Shown: positions 1 through 10,170, counted from the first letter of the stretch. The stretch: DNA of 64,000 nt from Collinsella sp. (GCA_048201895.1 DBFBGO010000036.1:31194-95193), one strand, 5' to 3'. Translations and numbers: made by a program. Notes: a model not told the origin generated them from the sequence alone.

Positions 1-707
1 CGTTTCGCTTTGACGATGCCGACGAGGACACCCTGTGCGACTTGAGCTTTGCCTGTCGCCGTGGCCAGACGACGGCGATCGTCGGCTCGACGGGTTCGGG
101 CAAGTCGACCGTGGCCAAGCTCCTGCTGCGTTTCCACGATGCTACCAAGGGCACCATTCGCCTGGACGGTGTTGAACTGCGCGAGCTTTCGCAAGACGAG
201 ATTCGCGGGCGCATCGCCTATGTGCCGCAAAAGGCATGGCTGTTCTCGGGCACCGTGGCAAGCAATCTGCGCTTTGGCAACGAAGGCGCGACCGAGGCAG
301 ACATGCTTCATGCGCTCCAGGTTGCCCAGAGCACCTTTGTGCTCGATCAGCCGCAGGGGCTCGATACCCCGGTGGCGCAGGGCGGCACGAACTTTTCGGG
401 CGGCCAGCGCCAACGTCTGGCAGTCGCCCGTGCGCTCATGAAGCATGCCGATCTATATATCTTCGATGACAGTTTTTCGGCCCTGGACTTTAAGACCGAT
501 GCCGCCCTGCGCCATGCGTTGCAAGACGAGACGCGTGACGCTGCGGTGCTCATCATCGCGCAGCGCATCTCGACGATTTTGCATGCCGACCAGATTGTCG
601 TGCTCAAGGACGGCGAGATTGTGGGCTTGGGCACGCATAGCGAGCTTATGGAAACCTGCGAGGTGTACCGCGCCATCGCGGAATCGCAGATGAAGGGAGG
701 TGAGTAG
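1..707 (+). CDS. ABC exporter subunit, C-terminal NBD (5' partial); degenerate-site half of a heterodimer
   Basis: Walker A GSTGSGKS, signature FSGGQRQR, Walker B IFDDS (D for catalytic E), AQR switch; frame runs in from the window start. Confidence 0.9.
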   Translation, partial: FRFDDADEDTLCDLSFACRRGQTTAIVGSTGSGKSTVAKLLLRFHDATKGTIRLDGVELRELSQDEIRGRIAYVPQKAWLFSGTVASNLRFGNEGATEADMLHALQVAQSTFVLDQPQGLDTPVAQGGTNFSGGQRQRLAVARALMKHADLYIFDDSFSALDFKTDAALRHALQDETRDAAVLIIAQRISTILHADQIVVLKDGEIVGLGTHSELMETCEVYRAIAESQMKGGE

Positions 708-2715
708 CATGACCGAGGAGCTCAAGAAGCAGGGCGGCGTTGATGACGCCGCTACCGCGGGACTGGTCGAGGAAACGGCTGCCGCGTCGACCGAGCTGGA
801 TGACGCCGCCAAGGCTGCAGCCGAGCGCGAGGCTCGCCGCCAAGCGCTCTACGAGGAAAACGAACGTGCCGAGGACGAGCGCGCCCGCGCCGAGGCAGAG
901 CGTATGCGCGACGTGGACGACGAAGACGAGGACGAGACGCCTCGGGATACCTGGGCGACGGTGCGCCGCCTGTGGAGTGAGGCTGCCGGCGACCATTGGC
1001 GCTTCTATATCGTGTTCGCGAGCATTGTGTTCTATGTCATCTTTAACACTGCCGCGCCGGCATATAGCGCCCGCGTGATCGATGAGCTGTGGGGCCACAT
1101 TCAGGTAGCGTTTGTTAACAACGCCACCTTCAGCATCACCTGGGAGAACTGCGGCAGGACTATCTTCATCTACTTTTTGATTTGGACGGCCGCCGCTTCG
1201 TTCTACGCGCTCCAGAGCTTTTTGATGTCGAGCGTGGCCGAACGCCTCAATCTGCGCCTGCGCAACCGCATCGCGCAAAAGCTCAACCGTCTGCCGCTCG
1301 CCTATTTTGACGCGCATCGTCCCGGCGAGGTCGTCAGCCGCGCGACCAACGACCTGGACAAGATGTCCGAGAGCATGCAGCGCGGATTGCTGCAGCTGCT
1401 CGTGTCGATCGGCACGGTTGTTGGTGCTGTGAGCGTGATGTTCGTGTTCAGCGTGCAGCTTACGCTCGTCTTTCTGTTCTTTATGGCACTGTCGCTGCTG
1501 GTGACGAAGGTCGTCTCGCGCCGCACACACGATGTGACGGGCGAGCGCCAGGAGTGGGTGTCCAAGATTACGAGTGCGGTCGAGGAAGGCTATTCGGGCC
1601 GTCTGGTGATCCGCGCGTTTAACCGCGAACGTCAGAGCTCCGCTGAGGTGCACGAGGCTTCGAAGGAACTGGCTCGTGTGAGCACCAAGGCCGACTTTAT
1701 GATCAATGCCGTCGGCCCCGCGGTGCGCTTTATCGGCCGTTTGGCGCAGATCGTGATCGCGCTCGTGGGCTGCAGCATGCTGGTTGCCGGTCACATGACC
1801 GTCGGCGTGTTCCAGGCGTTCTTCCAGTTTATCTACGAGGCGTCCGAGCCCATGACGCAGTTGTCGTTTACCTTCAACTCGCTGCAGAGCGCGCTGGCGA
1901 GTGCAGAGCGCGTGTTCGACCTGCTCGATGAGCCCGAGATGGAGGCCGATCCGCTGCCGGACAAGGCCGCCAAGCTGCCGGGTCGCGTGGAGGGCCGCGT
2001 CTCCTTTGAGCATGTGCGCTTTGGTTATTCGCCCGACAAGCCGCTTATGCGCGACGTGTCGTTTACCGCCGAGCCGGGCCAGAAGATTGCCGTGGTGGGA
2101 ACCACGGGCGCAGGCAAGACGACGCTCATCAACCTGCTCATGCGCTTCTACGAGATTGACGGCGGGCGTATTACGCTTGACGGCGTGGATACGAGCCGCA
2201 TGGACCGCGGCGAGCTACGGCAGCAGTTTGGCATGGTGCTGCAGGACGCCTGGCTGTTCGACGGCACGATTGCCGAGAACATCGCCTACGGCTGCCCCGA
2301 GGCGACGCACGATGAGATCGTGGCGGCCGCTCGTGCCGCGCAGGTCGACTTCTTTGTGCGCACCATGCCGCAGGGCTACGACACGCGCGTGGCCAACGAT
2401 GCCGAGAGCATCAGCCAGGGCCAGCGTCAGCTGCTGACCATCGCACGCGTGCTGCTCAACAACCCGGCGATTCTCATCCTGGACGAGGCGACGTCGAGCG
2501 TGGACACGCGCACCGAGCTCGCCATCGGTCGTGCTATGGACGCGCTCATGCGCGGGCGCACGAGCTTTGTGATCGCGCATCGCCTGTCGACGATCGTGGA
2601 CGCCGACCTGATCTTGGTCATGGACCACGGCAACATCATCGAGCAAGGCACGCATAAGGAGCTGCTGGCTGCCGAGGGTGCCTATGCCGACCTCTACTTG
2701 AGCCAGTTCGCCTAA
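700..2715 (+). CDS. ABC exporter TMD-NBD subunit, consensus-site half of a heterodimer
   Basis: TM helices, [28 protein letters not shown]; overlaps upstream stop; start GTG 700 or ATG 709. Confidence 0.92.
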   Translation: MSSMTEELKKQGGVDDAATAGLVEETAAASTELDDAAKAAAEREARRQALYEENERAEDERARAEAERMRDVDDEDEDETPRDTWATVRRLWSEAAGDHWRFYIVFASIVFYVIFNTAAPAYSARVIDELWGHIQVAFVNNATFSITWENCGRTIFIYFLIWTAAASFYALQSFLMSSVAERLNLRLRNRIAQKLNRLPLAYFDAHRPGEVVSRATNDLDKMSESMQRGLLQLLVSIGTVVGAVSVMFVFSVQLTLVFLFFMALSLLVTKVVSRRTHDVTGERQEWVSKITSAVEEGYSGRLVIRAFNRERQSSAEVHEASKELARVSTKADFMINAVGPAVRFIGRLAQIVIALVGCSMLVAGHMTVGVFQAFFQFIYEASEPMTQLSFTFNSLQSALASAERVFDLLDEPEMEADPLPDKAAKLPGRVEGRVSFEHVRFGYSPDKPLMRDVSFTAEPGQKIAVVGTTGAGKTTLINLLMRFYEIDGGRITLDGVDTSRMDRGELRQQFGMVLQDAWLFDGTIAENIAYGCPEATHDEIVAAARAAQVDFFVRTMPQGYDTRVANDAESISQGQRQLLTIARVLLNNPAILILDEATSSVDTRTELAIGRAMDALMRGRTSFVIAHRLSTIVDADLILVMDHGNIIEQGTHKELLAAEGAYADLYLSQFA

Positions 2716-2753
2716 TGTAACAAAGGGGCAGTCCCGCATGTCACATCAAAAAG

Positions 2754-2790
2754 AAAGGCGCGCCGGGGATGAATTCCCTGGCGCGCCTTC
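2754..2790. terminator. Probable bidirectional terminator between convergent ABC gene and cysE
   Basis: gaaaggcgcgccgggga-tgaat-tccctggcgcgccttc hairpin. Confidence 0.6.
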
Positions 2791-2829
2791 TCGCGTTGAT
2801 GCCGATGTCGTTTTGTGCCGCTTGCGTTC

Positions 2830-3533
2830 CTAGCGTTCGTCCACGAGCTTTGCGACGAGGGCTTTGAGCTCGGCCACCTCTCGCTCGAGTTCTTTGACGC
2901 GGCGGGCGTTCTCGGTGATGCCTTGGCGGTTGAGGGCACTCTGCTCGGCGGCGTCATCGGGCATGTATTCGCGATGCTGCTTGGCGTCGAAACTCTCCTC
3001 GAACACGCGGCAGCCGTTGCGCTTGATGATGCGTCCCGGCACGCCCACGACGGTGCAGTTTCGGGCACGTCCTTAACGACGACCGAGTTGCCGCCGATCT
3101 TGACGTTGTTGCCGATGCGGATGTTGCCGAGCACCTTGGCGCCCGTGCCCACGGTGACGTTGTTGCCCAGGGTGGGGTGGCGTTTGCCGGTCTCGTTGCC
3201 GGTACCGCCGAGCGTGACGCCCTGATAGAGCACGCAGTTGTCGCCCACAATGGTGGTCTCGCCGATGACGACGCCCATGGCATGGTCGATAAAGAAGTGC
3301 TTGCCAATTTGCGCGGCGGGATGAATCTCGACGCCGGTGATGTGGCGGGTGATTTGAGAGAGCGCGCGGGCGAGCGAGCGATGACCGTGCTCCCAGAGCC
3401 AGTGCTCGGGCACGTGGTTCCACTTGGCGTGCAGGCCAGGATAGGAAAGGAAGATGACCAGACCGTTTTGCGCAGCGGGGTCTTGCGCCTGGACGGTCTT
3501 GATGTCCTCGCGAATGGTATTGATAAAGCTCAC
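2830..3533 (-). pseudogene. cysE: Serine O-acetyltransferase with a 1-bp frameshift near 3060 (real or sequencing error)
   Basis: [36 protein letters not shown] hexapeptide motifs; after KDVP the expected [10 protein letters not shown] continues in another frame to TAG at 2830; GTG start with GGGAGG RBS. Confidence 0.85.
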
Positions 3534-3756
3534 CGGCCGCCCTCCCTTAGCGCCATGGCAATGCGATTCAATAAAGTATAGCGATTCGCTAGGGATTAGG
3601 AAGGACAATCTTGGCGGCATTGCGCGACAGGCGTCAGTTATGCAAACTTGCTGGTAATGGAGTCATGCTTTTGTGGGGTTGCGCACGAGGGGGCACCGCA
3701 ACCGTATACTGGTCAAATTGGACGTATCCGCGCCCGCAACTGAGAGGTTTTACTTC

Positions 3757-4404
3757 ATGGGTTTCATCAATTTTATTGCCGAGCTGCTTAAGGACCCGCG
3801 CACCGCGATTGCCAGCTGGATCGCCGCCGGCCCGCTTATGGCCTACGGCTGCGTGTTCCTGATTATCTTCATTGAGACAGGCGTGGTGTTCTTCCCGTTC
3901 CTTCCTGGCGATTCACTGCTGTTTGCTTCGGGCTTCTTTGCCCACAACGGTGGTTTTAACATCGTGGCACTGCTGGCCGTCGCATGGGCTGCTGCCATCC
4001 TGGGTGACCAGTGCAACTTTATGATCGGTCACTTCTTTGGCAAAAAGATCATCGCCTCGGGCAAGGTTAAGGCCATGACGCCCGAGCGCATCAAAAAGTC
4101 CGAGGACTTCTTGGATAAGTGGGGTCACCTGGCCATCTTCCTGGGCCGCTTCTTCCCGTTTATCCGCACCTTTGTGCCCTTTATCGCCGGCATGGGCGGC
4201 ATGCACTGGCGCAGCTTTGTCATCTTTAACGTGCTGGGTGGCATTACCTGGTCGACGGTCTTTACGCTGCTGGGCTACTTCTTTGGCGGCATTCCCTTTG
4301 TGCAGGAGCACTTTGAGCTGCTGATTATCGGCATCGTTGCCGTGTCGATCATCCCGACCGTGGTCGGTCTGGTCAAGGCTAAGCTGGGCAAAAAGAACGC
4401 GTAG
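3757..4404 (+). CDS. DedA family membrane protein
   Basis: FIETG..FPFLPGDSLLF and GRFFPFIRTFVPFIAG motifs. Confidence 0.92.
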   Translation: MGFINFIAELLKDPRTAIASWIAAGPLMAYGCVFLIIFIETGVVFFPFLPGDSLLFASGFFAHNGGFNIVALLAVAWAAAILGDQCNFMIGHFFGKKIIASGKVKAMTPERIKKSEDFLDKWGHLAIFLGRFFPFIRTFVPFIAGMGGMHWRSFVIFNVLGGITWSTVFTLLGYFFGGIPFVQEHFELLIIGIVAVSIIPTVVGLVKAKLGKKNA

Positions 4405-4432
4405 CTCGAGCCAGCGCGCAAATCGTGCAGTT

Positions 4433-4466
4433 GAGGCCCGTCACCGTTTACGGTGGCGGGCCTCTT
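4433..4466 (+). terminator. Intrinsic terminator after dedA
   Basis: gaggcccgtcaccg-ttta-cggtggcgggcctc hairpin. Confidence 0.6.
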
Positions 4467-4693
4467 CAGCTTCGGTCAAATGAAATTACTTTAGTTAGTT
4501 AAAGAAAAACGTTTTATCCGACGCGCGTGCGGAGTACAATCTCGTGCATGCGAATCGACGTGCCATCGGCTTTGATGCTGCTCGCGTGTCCCGTCCGGCT
4601 CTACGCTCCGGGCGTGCGACGTTGCGACGCGGTCGGCCTCGGTCCTTGCGTGCGGGTTCGCGAGTATGCAACTGTGTATGTAAGGAGCGACAT

Positions 4694-5746
4694 ATGACTG
4701 TCGAGAAGAAGGGTATCGATTGGGGTAGCCTCGGCTTTGGCTACATGAAGACCGATTACAGCTACGAGGCCCATTGGAAGGATGGCGAGTGGGACGAGGG
4801 CGGCCTGACCACCGACCACACCCTGCATGTCTCCGAGTGCGGTGGCATCTTCCATTACTGCCAGGAGGTCTTTGAGGGCCTGAAGGCCTACACCGCCGAG
4901 GACGGCAGCATCGTCTGCTTCCGTCCCGATATGAACGCCGAGCGTATGTACAACTCTGCGCAGCGCCTCGAGATGCCCCCGTTCCCCAAGGACAAGTTCG
5001 TTGAGGCCGTCAAGCAGGTCGTTTCTGCCAACGCCGCCTGGGTTCCGCCCTTCGGTTCCGGCGCGACCCTGTACGTGCGTCCGTTTATGATCGGCTCCGG
5101 TGACGTGATCGGCGTGGCTCCCGCTCCTGAGTACACGTTCCGCATTCTCGTGACCCCGGTCGGTCCGTACTTTAAGGGTGGTCTCAAGCCCGTTAAGCTG
5201 CGCGTTTCCGAGTATGACCGCGCCGCACCGCACGGCACCGGCAATATCAAGGCCGGCCTGAACTACGCCATGTCCCTCAAGCCCACGATGGAGGCCCATC
5301 GCGAGGGCTATGCCGAGAACCTGTATCTCGACTCCGAGTCCCGCACCTATGTCGAGGAGACCGGTGGCGCCAACGTCCTGTTCGTGAAGGAGGACGGCAC
5401 GCTCGTCGTTCCGCAGTCGCACACCGACTCCATCCTGCCCTCCATCACCCGTCGTTCGCTCGTTCAGGTTGCTCAGGACCTGGGCATGACCGTTGACCAA
5501 CGTCCCGTCGAGTGGGCCGAGGTCAAGGCCGGTACCTTTGTCGAGTGCGGCCTGTGCGGCACCGCTGCCGTCATCTCCCCGGTTGGCGAGATTGACAACA
5601 AGGTTTACGGTGCCGACGAGACCGTGACCTTCCCGGCTGGCTACACCGAGATCGGCCCTGTGATGAAGAAGCTCCGCGAGACTCTGACTGGTATCCAGTC
5701 TGGTGCTGTCGAGGATAAGCACAACTGGGTTTACACCGTCGCGTAA
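4694..5746 (+). CDS. ilvE: Branched-chain amino acid aminotransferase
   Basis: Class IV PLP motifs FHYCQEVFEGLKAY, LYVRP, KAGLNY, ILPSITRRS, GTAAVISP; AAGGAG RBS. Confidence 0.93.
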   Translation: MTVEKKGIDWGSLGFGYMKTDYSYEAHWKDGEWDEGGLTTDHTLHVSECGGIFHYCQEVFEGLKAYTAEDGSIVCFRPDMNAERMYNSAQRLEMPPFPKDKFVEAVKQVVSANAAWVPPFGSGATLYVRPFMIGSGDVIGVAPAPEYTFRILVTPVGPYFKGGLKPVKLRVSEYDRAAPHGTGNIKAGLNYAMSLKPTMEAHREGYAENLYLDSESRTYVEETGGANVLFVKEDGTLVVPQSHTDSILPSITRRSLVQVAQDLGMTVDQRPVEWAEVKAGTFVECGLCGTAAVISPVGEIDNKVYGADETVTFPAGYTEIGPVMKKLRETLTGIQSGAVEDKHNWVYTVA

Positions 5747-5771
5747 GCTGTCTTAGCTGTCCGGCCCGAGG

Positions 5772-5878
5772 GCGGCCTTCCTTTCCGGCGCGTCCTCGGA
5801 CATGAAAGAACCTCCGCTGCGCACTTCGTGCGGCGGAGGTTCTTTCGTCCTGCGGAGTGCGCCGGAAAGGAAGGCCGC
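5772..5878. repeat. Long GC-rich hairpin element (ggccttccttt...aaaggaaggcc), related to 29262-29333
   Basis: Imperfect ~50-bp stem with cttcg apical loop. Confidence 0.75.
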
Positions 5879-5913
5879 GCTTTTGTTTTGGTTCGCGCCA
5901 TGTGGGGGTGGTG

Positions 5914-6123
5914 GCGACGTGCATTTTTGCGAGTATTCTGCAATCGAAGGCCCCTGCATGCCGACCTCGGGCAAAAATCGGGATTTCTCGATGTTTTCTA
6001 CGGATGATGGGCGGGGTTATGGGCTGACAGCGTTTGATTTGCAGGGATATTCGCGGTCTTTGGCATTTATCGTGGCGCCCGAAGCTCTTGGTTATGTTGA
6101 ATACTCCTAAAAATGCACGGCGC
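5914..6123. mobile_element. MITE-like element, family C (related to 29406-29585)
   Basis: Terminal inverted repeats gcgacgtgcatttttgcgagtattc / gaatactcctaaaaatgcacggcgc. Confidence 0.55.
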
Positions 6124-6149
6124 TTAGAGGGGGACCTTCGCGAAAAAGG

Positions 6150-6188
6150 AAACTGCCCCGTCGAAGTATGCATTCGACGGGGCAGTTT
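6150..6188. terminator. Terminator hairpin for lemA (possibly bidirectional)
   Basis: aaactgccccgtcgaa...ttcgacggggcagttt. Confidence 0.6.
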
Positions 6189-6224
6189 ATGCATTTGGCC
6201 GATTAAGGATGCGCTGCCAAGCTA

Positions 6225-6776
6225 CTAGAACTTGACGGTCGGGGCCTGACGGGCTGCTTCGGCGGCCTCGAAGCCCTGGCGCTCCTTAAACTGGAAGATG
6301 CCGGCAAAGATGACAGCCGGGAACGTCTGAATGGCGTTATTGTAGCTGAGCACGCAATCGTTGTAGCTCTGGCGTGCATAGCTAATCTTGTTCTCGGTAT
6401 CCTCGAGCGATGCCTGCAGCTGCGTAAAGTTGGTGTTTGCCTTAAGATCGGGATAGGCCTCGGCTACGGCGAAGAGCTGACGCAGCGCACCGGTCAGCAC
6501 GTTGTCGGCTTCCATCTTGGCCTCGGGCGTGGTGGCCTTGACGGCGGTGTTACGCGCGCTGATCACGGCGGAGAGCGTCTCCTGCTCGTGCTTGGCGTAG
6601 CCCTTGACGGTCTCGACCAGGTTGGGGATCAGGTCGTTGCGGCGCTGCAACTGCGTATCGATGTTCTGCCAGGCGTTATCGATGCGGTTACGCTTGGTGA
6701 CCATGTTGTTGTAGATGCCGGCGATGGCGCAGGCAATCACAATGACAACAACGATGCCGATGATGACGGGAAGCAT
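6225..6776 (-). CDS. lemA: LemA family protein
   Basis: N-terminal TM, then QLQRRNDLIPNLVETVKGYA, AEAYPDLKAN, TFPA motifs; GGAGA RBS. Confidence 0.93.
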   Translation of the reverse strand: MLPVIIGIVVVIVIACAIAGIYNNMVTKRNRIDNAWQNIDTQLQRRNDLIPNLVETVKGYAKHEQETLSAVISARNTAVKATTPEAKMEADNVLTGALRQLFAVAEAYPDLKANTNFTQLQASLEDTENKISYARQSYNDCVLSYNNAIQTFPAVIFAGIFQFKERQGFEAAEAARQAPTVKF

Positions 6777-6975
6777 GATGTCTCCGTTTCGAATGGCCGC
6801 GGCGGCATGCGCCAGCTGCCGTTGGTATAACGCTACTAGTATACCCGCAACGTTTTGTCGTGCCGAACTTTCCGGTAAGCGTTGTGTTTTCAGCGGGGTT
6901 GGCACCGGGGCAAAGCGCGCGAGGTACAGGTGTAAGATATGCGACAGATTGACGAGTGTTGTCTTTGCCCTGAGG

Positions 6976-7572
6976 ATGGCGATACCAGTGGACCTTCGCA
7001 TTAAGAAAACCTACCGCGCCCTGTTCGATGCCTTTACCGAGCTTTTGGAAGAGCATCGTTTTGAGGACCTGACGGTTGCCATGCTGTGCGACCGCGCCAT
7101 GATTCGCCGCACGACGTTCTACAAGCACTTTCGCGACAAGAACGATTGCTTTGCCTTTTATATCGATGAGCTCATGTCGGGCTTGCCGCAAAAACAGCCC
7201 GATGAGGCCGGCGCAGTGTCTGCCGAGGACGTGCGCCCGCTTCGGCACGCGATTTTGGACGATGCCATGGATTTGATTCTGACGCACGAGCAGCTCATGG
7301 ATAACATTTTGGCAAGCAGCATGTCGGGCATGTTGACCAACGTTATTTGCGACCGCATTGCCCGCTCCATCCGCGAGCGTGTGATGAACGTGCTTGCCGA
7401 GGATGCCCTGGCTCCCGTGTCACTCGAGACGACGTCTGAGTTTGTCGCCGGCGGTATTATTCGACTTTTCACGATATGGTGGGAATCGGGCCACGATCTT
7501 GAGCGTCGACCTGAGATAGCCGACGTGGTCGATGCGCTGTTTGAGCGGACCATGACACCGGTGAATCACTAA
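6976..7572 (+). CDS. TetR/AcrR family regulator
   Basis: DLRIKKT...LTVAMLCDRAMIRRTTFYKHF helix-turn-helix. Confidence 0.88.
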   Translation: MAIPVDLRIKKTYRALFDAFTELLEEHRFEDLTVAMLCDRAMIRRTTFYKHFRDKNDCFAFYIDELMSGLPQKQPDEAGAVSAEDVRPLRHAILDDAMDLILTHEQLMDNILASSMSGMLTNVICDRIARSIRERVMNVLAEDALAPVSLETTSEFVAGGIIRLFTIWWESGHDLERRPEIADVVDALFERTMTPVNH

Positions 7573-7574
7573 AG

Positions 7575-7664
7575 TGGCGGAGAGAGGGGGATTCGAACCC
7601 CCGGAACGCTCTCGCGCTCAACGGTTTTCAAGACCGCCGCATTCAACCGCTCTGCCATCTCTCC
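7575..7664 (-). tRNA. tRNA-Ser (anticodon TGA)
   Basis: GGAGAGATGGCAGAGCGGTTGAATGCGGCGGTCTTGAAAACCG...GTTCGAATCCCCCTCTCTCCGCCA; long variable arm, encoded CCA. Confidence 0.97.
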
Positions 7665-7715
7665 GTGAGTCGTAATGATAGCATCGTTTTGAATTTGCAA
7701 CAGGGAAGGCGAACG

Positions 7716-9497
7716 ATGACGATCACCGAAATCGACGAGAAGTTCATGCGCGAGGCGCTGGCGGAGGCGCGAGCCGCCGCGGCGGTGGGCGAGGTGCCCA
7801 TCGGAGCCGTAGTGGTGCGCGACGGCGAGATCGTCGCGAGGGCGCACAATCGGCGCGAGCTCGATCAGGATCCTTCGGCTCATGCAGAGTTCGCGGCCCT
7901 GTGCGCTGCCGCTCGGCCGCTCGGTCGTTGGCGCCTTTCCGATTGCACGGTCTACGTGACGCTCGAGCCATGCTGCATGTGTGCGGGGCTAATGGTTAAC
8001 GCGCGCGTGGGGCGCTGCGTGTATGGCGCGGCTGATGCCAAGGCCGGCGCGCTGGGTTCGCTGTATGACCTCAATGCCGACTCACGCCTGAATCATCGGT
8101 TTAACGTGACGGCTGGGGTCCTGGCGGATGAATGCCGCGAGCTGCTGAGTAGCTATTTTGGCGGTCTGCGCGGAGCGGGCGGCGCTGATTGCGGTTGTGG
8201 GGCCGATCTTGAAGCACACGCCGCTCACGCCGCAGCGCTTGCAGGTGCCGGTGAGGATGCTGGCACGGCGGTTGACTTTGGTCCTGCGTGCCGCCGACCC
8301 CGCCGTGTGCTGTTGGCGATCGACTCCTTTAAGGGCAGCGTGTCGAGCGCGCAGGCGGAGGCGGCGGTTGCCGAAGGCGTGCGCCGCGTTTGGCCCGATG
8401 CCGAGGTGCGCGCATTGTCGCTGGCGGATGGCGGCGAGGGGACGCTCGATGCCATCGCCGCGTGCGGCGGTGAGATTGCGACCTGCGAGGTTGCGGGACC
8501 CTTGGGTAAGCGCGCGTCTGCCCGGATGCTGGTTGATGTCGAGCGTGAGTCCTCGGTCATCGAGATGGCCGAGGCGGCCGGCATTGGGTATTCGCCTTGC
8601 ACGGAATCGGCGGCGCTTGCGGCTTCGACCTATGGCGTGGGCGAGCTGATGCTCCGTGCGGTTCGTGCCGGGGCAAAGACTATCTATATTGGCTTGGGCG
8701 GCAGTGCCACCAACGACGGTGGCGCCGGCATGCTGCAGGCGCTGGGCGCGTGCGTGGTCGATGATCAGGGCTGCGATGTCGCCCCCGGTCTTGCGGGCCT
8801 TGAACACGTGGCGAGCGTTGATTTGGAGCGAGCGCTGCAGGCTTTGGATGGCGCTCGCATCGTTGTACTCTCCGATGTCGAGAATCCGCTCGTGGGGCGT
8901 CGAGGCGCACTGGCGGTGTTTGGCGGGCAGAAGGGCCTGCCGGCGGATGATGTCGAGGCGCTGCGCAGATACGACGGCTGGATGGTCGGCTACGGTCGCC
9001 TGCTCGATGCGGCAATTTTCGAGGCGCGAGCCCAGGGGTTGTTGCGCACACCCGAGGGCGCACGGACATTTGGCTCGGTGCTCGGCGTGCCCGGCGCGGG
9101 CGCTGCCGGTGGCTTGGGCGCCGCGTTGCTGGCGCTCGGTGCGGAGCTGCGCTCGGGTGTAGAGACGGTGCTCGATCTCGTGGGGTTTGACGAGCGCGTG
9201 CGCGATGTCGACCTGGTCATAACAGGCGAGGGCAATATGGACGAGCAGTCCGCCGCCGGTAAGGCGCCGGTGGGTGTGGCTCGCCGCGCCAGGCGATATG
9301 GCAAGCCGGTGGTCGCCGTTGTGGGCGGCCGTGCTGACAACCTGAACGCGGTATATGAGCAAGGTATCGACTTGGTACTGCCGATCTGCCGCAAGCCCAT
9401 GCCTCTCGACCAGGCGCTCAATCCTCAGGAAGCCACAACCAACCTCATCTTCGCCGGTGAGTCAGCCGCCCAAGCCTACGACCTCGCTCGCCTCTAA
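7716..9497 (+). CDS. tadA: Fusion of tRNA adenosine(34) deaminase TadA (N-term) and GlxK-family glycerate kinase (C-term)
   Basis: GEVPIGAVVV, HAE, TLEPCCMCAG, SRLNH; then IDSFKGS, ADGGEG, GLGGSATNDGGAG, GAGAAGGLG, ITGEG in one open frame. Confidence 0.88.
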   Translation: MTITEIDEKFMREALAEARAAAAVGEVPIGAVVVRDGEIVARAHNRRELDQDPSAHAEFAALCAAARPLGRWRLSDCTVYVTLEPCCMCAGLMVNARVGRCVYGAADAKAGALGSLYDLNADSRLNHRFNVTAGVLADECRELLSSYFGGLRGAGGADCGCGADLEAHAAHAAALAGAGEDAGTAVDFGPACRRPRRVLLAIDSFKGSVSSAQAEAAVAEGVRRVWPDAEVRALSLADGGEGTLDAIAACGGEIATCEVAGPLGKRASARMLVDVERESSVIEMAEAAGIGYSPCTESAALAASTYGVGELMLRAVRAGAKTIYIGLGGSATNDGGAGMLQALGACVVDDQGCDVAPGLAGLEHVASVDLERALQALDGARIVVLSDVENPLVGRRGALAVFGGQKGLPADDVEALRRYDGWMVGYGRLLDAAIFEARAQGLLRTPEGARTFGSVLGVPGAGAAGGLGAALLALGAELRSGVETVLDLVGFDERVRDVDLVITGEGNMDEQSAAGKAPVGVARRARRYGKPVVAVVGGRADNLNAVYEQGIDLVLPICRKPMPLDQALNPQEATTNLIFAGESAAQAYDLARL

Positions 9498-9512
9498 AAC
9501 CCATCCCCTCGA

Positions 9513-9583
9513 TAAGTTGCGGTGAAATACGGAGTGTTTTTGCCTTTAAGGTGCCAATTCAGTCCGTATTCCACCGCAACTTA
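9513..9583. repeat. Short inverted-repeat element, family B (second copy 24801-24867)
   Basis: taagttgcggtgaaatacgg ... ccgtattccaccgcaactta. Confidence 0.75.
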
Positions 9584-9647
9584 GAGAATGTCCATTCGAG
9601 GTTGGCTGCCTTGTGCCTTGGGTCGGACCGCCTGCCACGAAACGTGG

Positions 9648-9779
9648 CCATCTACTACGTTAAACCGGCCACCCTCGACCATCCCGGAATTTACAAAAAC
9701 AAAACCGCAGGTAGAAAGCTTGCCGATTTTCGAAAAAGTCGGCTATGGCCGACCCCTGTGGCCTAAACGTAGTAGATGG
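9648..9779. mobile_element. MITE-like element, family A (inverted second copy 31856-31989)
   Basis: 14-bp perfect IR ccatctactacgtt/aacgtagtagatgg; interior aligns with the reverse complement of the second copy. Confidence 0.7.
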
Positions 9780-9903
9780 GCCCTTTCTGTGGTGCGGCAC
9801 CAAGCCGGTCATTTTGGGATGGGACTATTTTGACTACTCATTGGCTGCTCTGGCAATCGGGCTGCAAAAGTAGTCAAAAAAGCTCCGTCCCAAATTAGCT
9901 ACC

Positions 9904-9932
9904 TTGCTCTGGCGGGCGGGAGCAGGTAAGAT
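9904..9932 (+). promoter_or_regulatory. Sigma-70-type promoter of SRP RNA
   Basis: TTGCTC-17 nt-TAAGAT just upstream of the RNA. Confidence 0.6.
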
Positions 9933-9938
9933 ATATCG

Positions 9939-10058
9939 AGCGCCTAGCGCGTTCGATGGGTTCGGATGACGACATGTTCCGAATCTGGTCAGGTCCGGAA
10001 GGAAGCAGCCATAAGGAGCCTCTGTCGGGCATCCGAATCCATCGAGTGCGCAGGCGCT
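9939..10058 (+). ncRNA. ffs: Signal recognition particle RNA (4.5S type)
   Basis: Conserved domain IV CAGGTCCGGAAGGAAGCAG inside a long stem closed by agcgcct/aggcgct and a T run; lies downstream of tadA as in Bacillus. Confidence 0.92.
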
Positions 10059-10075
10059 TTTTGGTGCCGCGACAT

Positions 10076-10170
10076 GGCCCGGCCGGCGGCGAGGTATTTG
10101 GTGTCTCGCTGGTCCTCGGCTTCGCCTGCGGGATCGCTCGACTACCAAACACCTCGCCGCCGGCCGGGCC
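10076..10170. repeat. Long GC-rich hairpin element
   Basis: ggcccggccggcggcgaggtatttggt ... accaaacacctcgccgccggccgggcc with a central ggcttcgcc mini-hairpin. Confidence 0.7.

Noticed and set aside
2712..3060. C-terminal ~115 aa of the 302-aa minus-strand ORF
   Set aside because: Artefact of the cysE frameshift; the real C-terminus is in the 2830-3048 frame
7575..7664. tRNA-Ser as an island attachment site
   Set aside because: No integrase nearby and I saw no duplicated tRNA 3' end in the window
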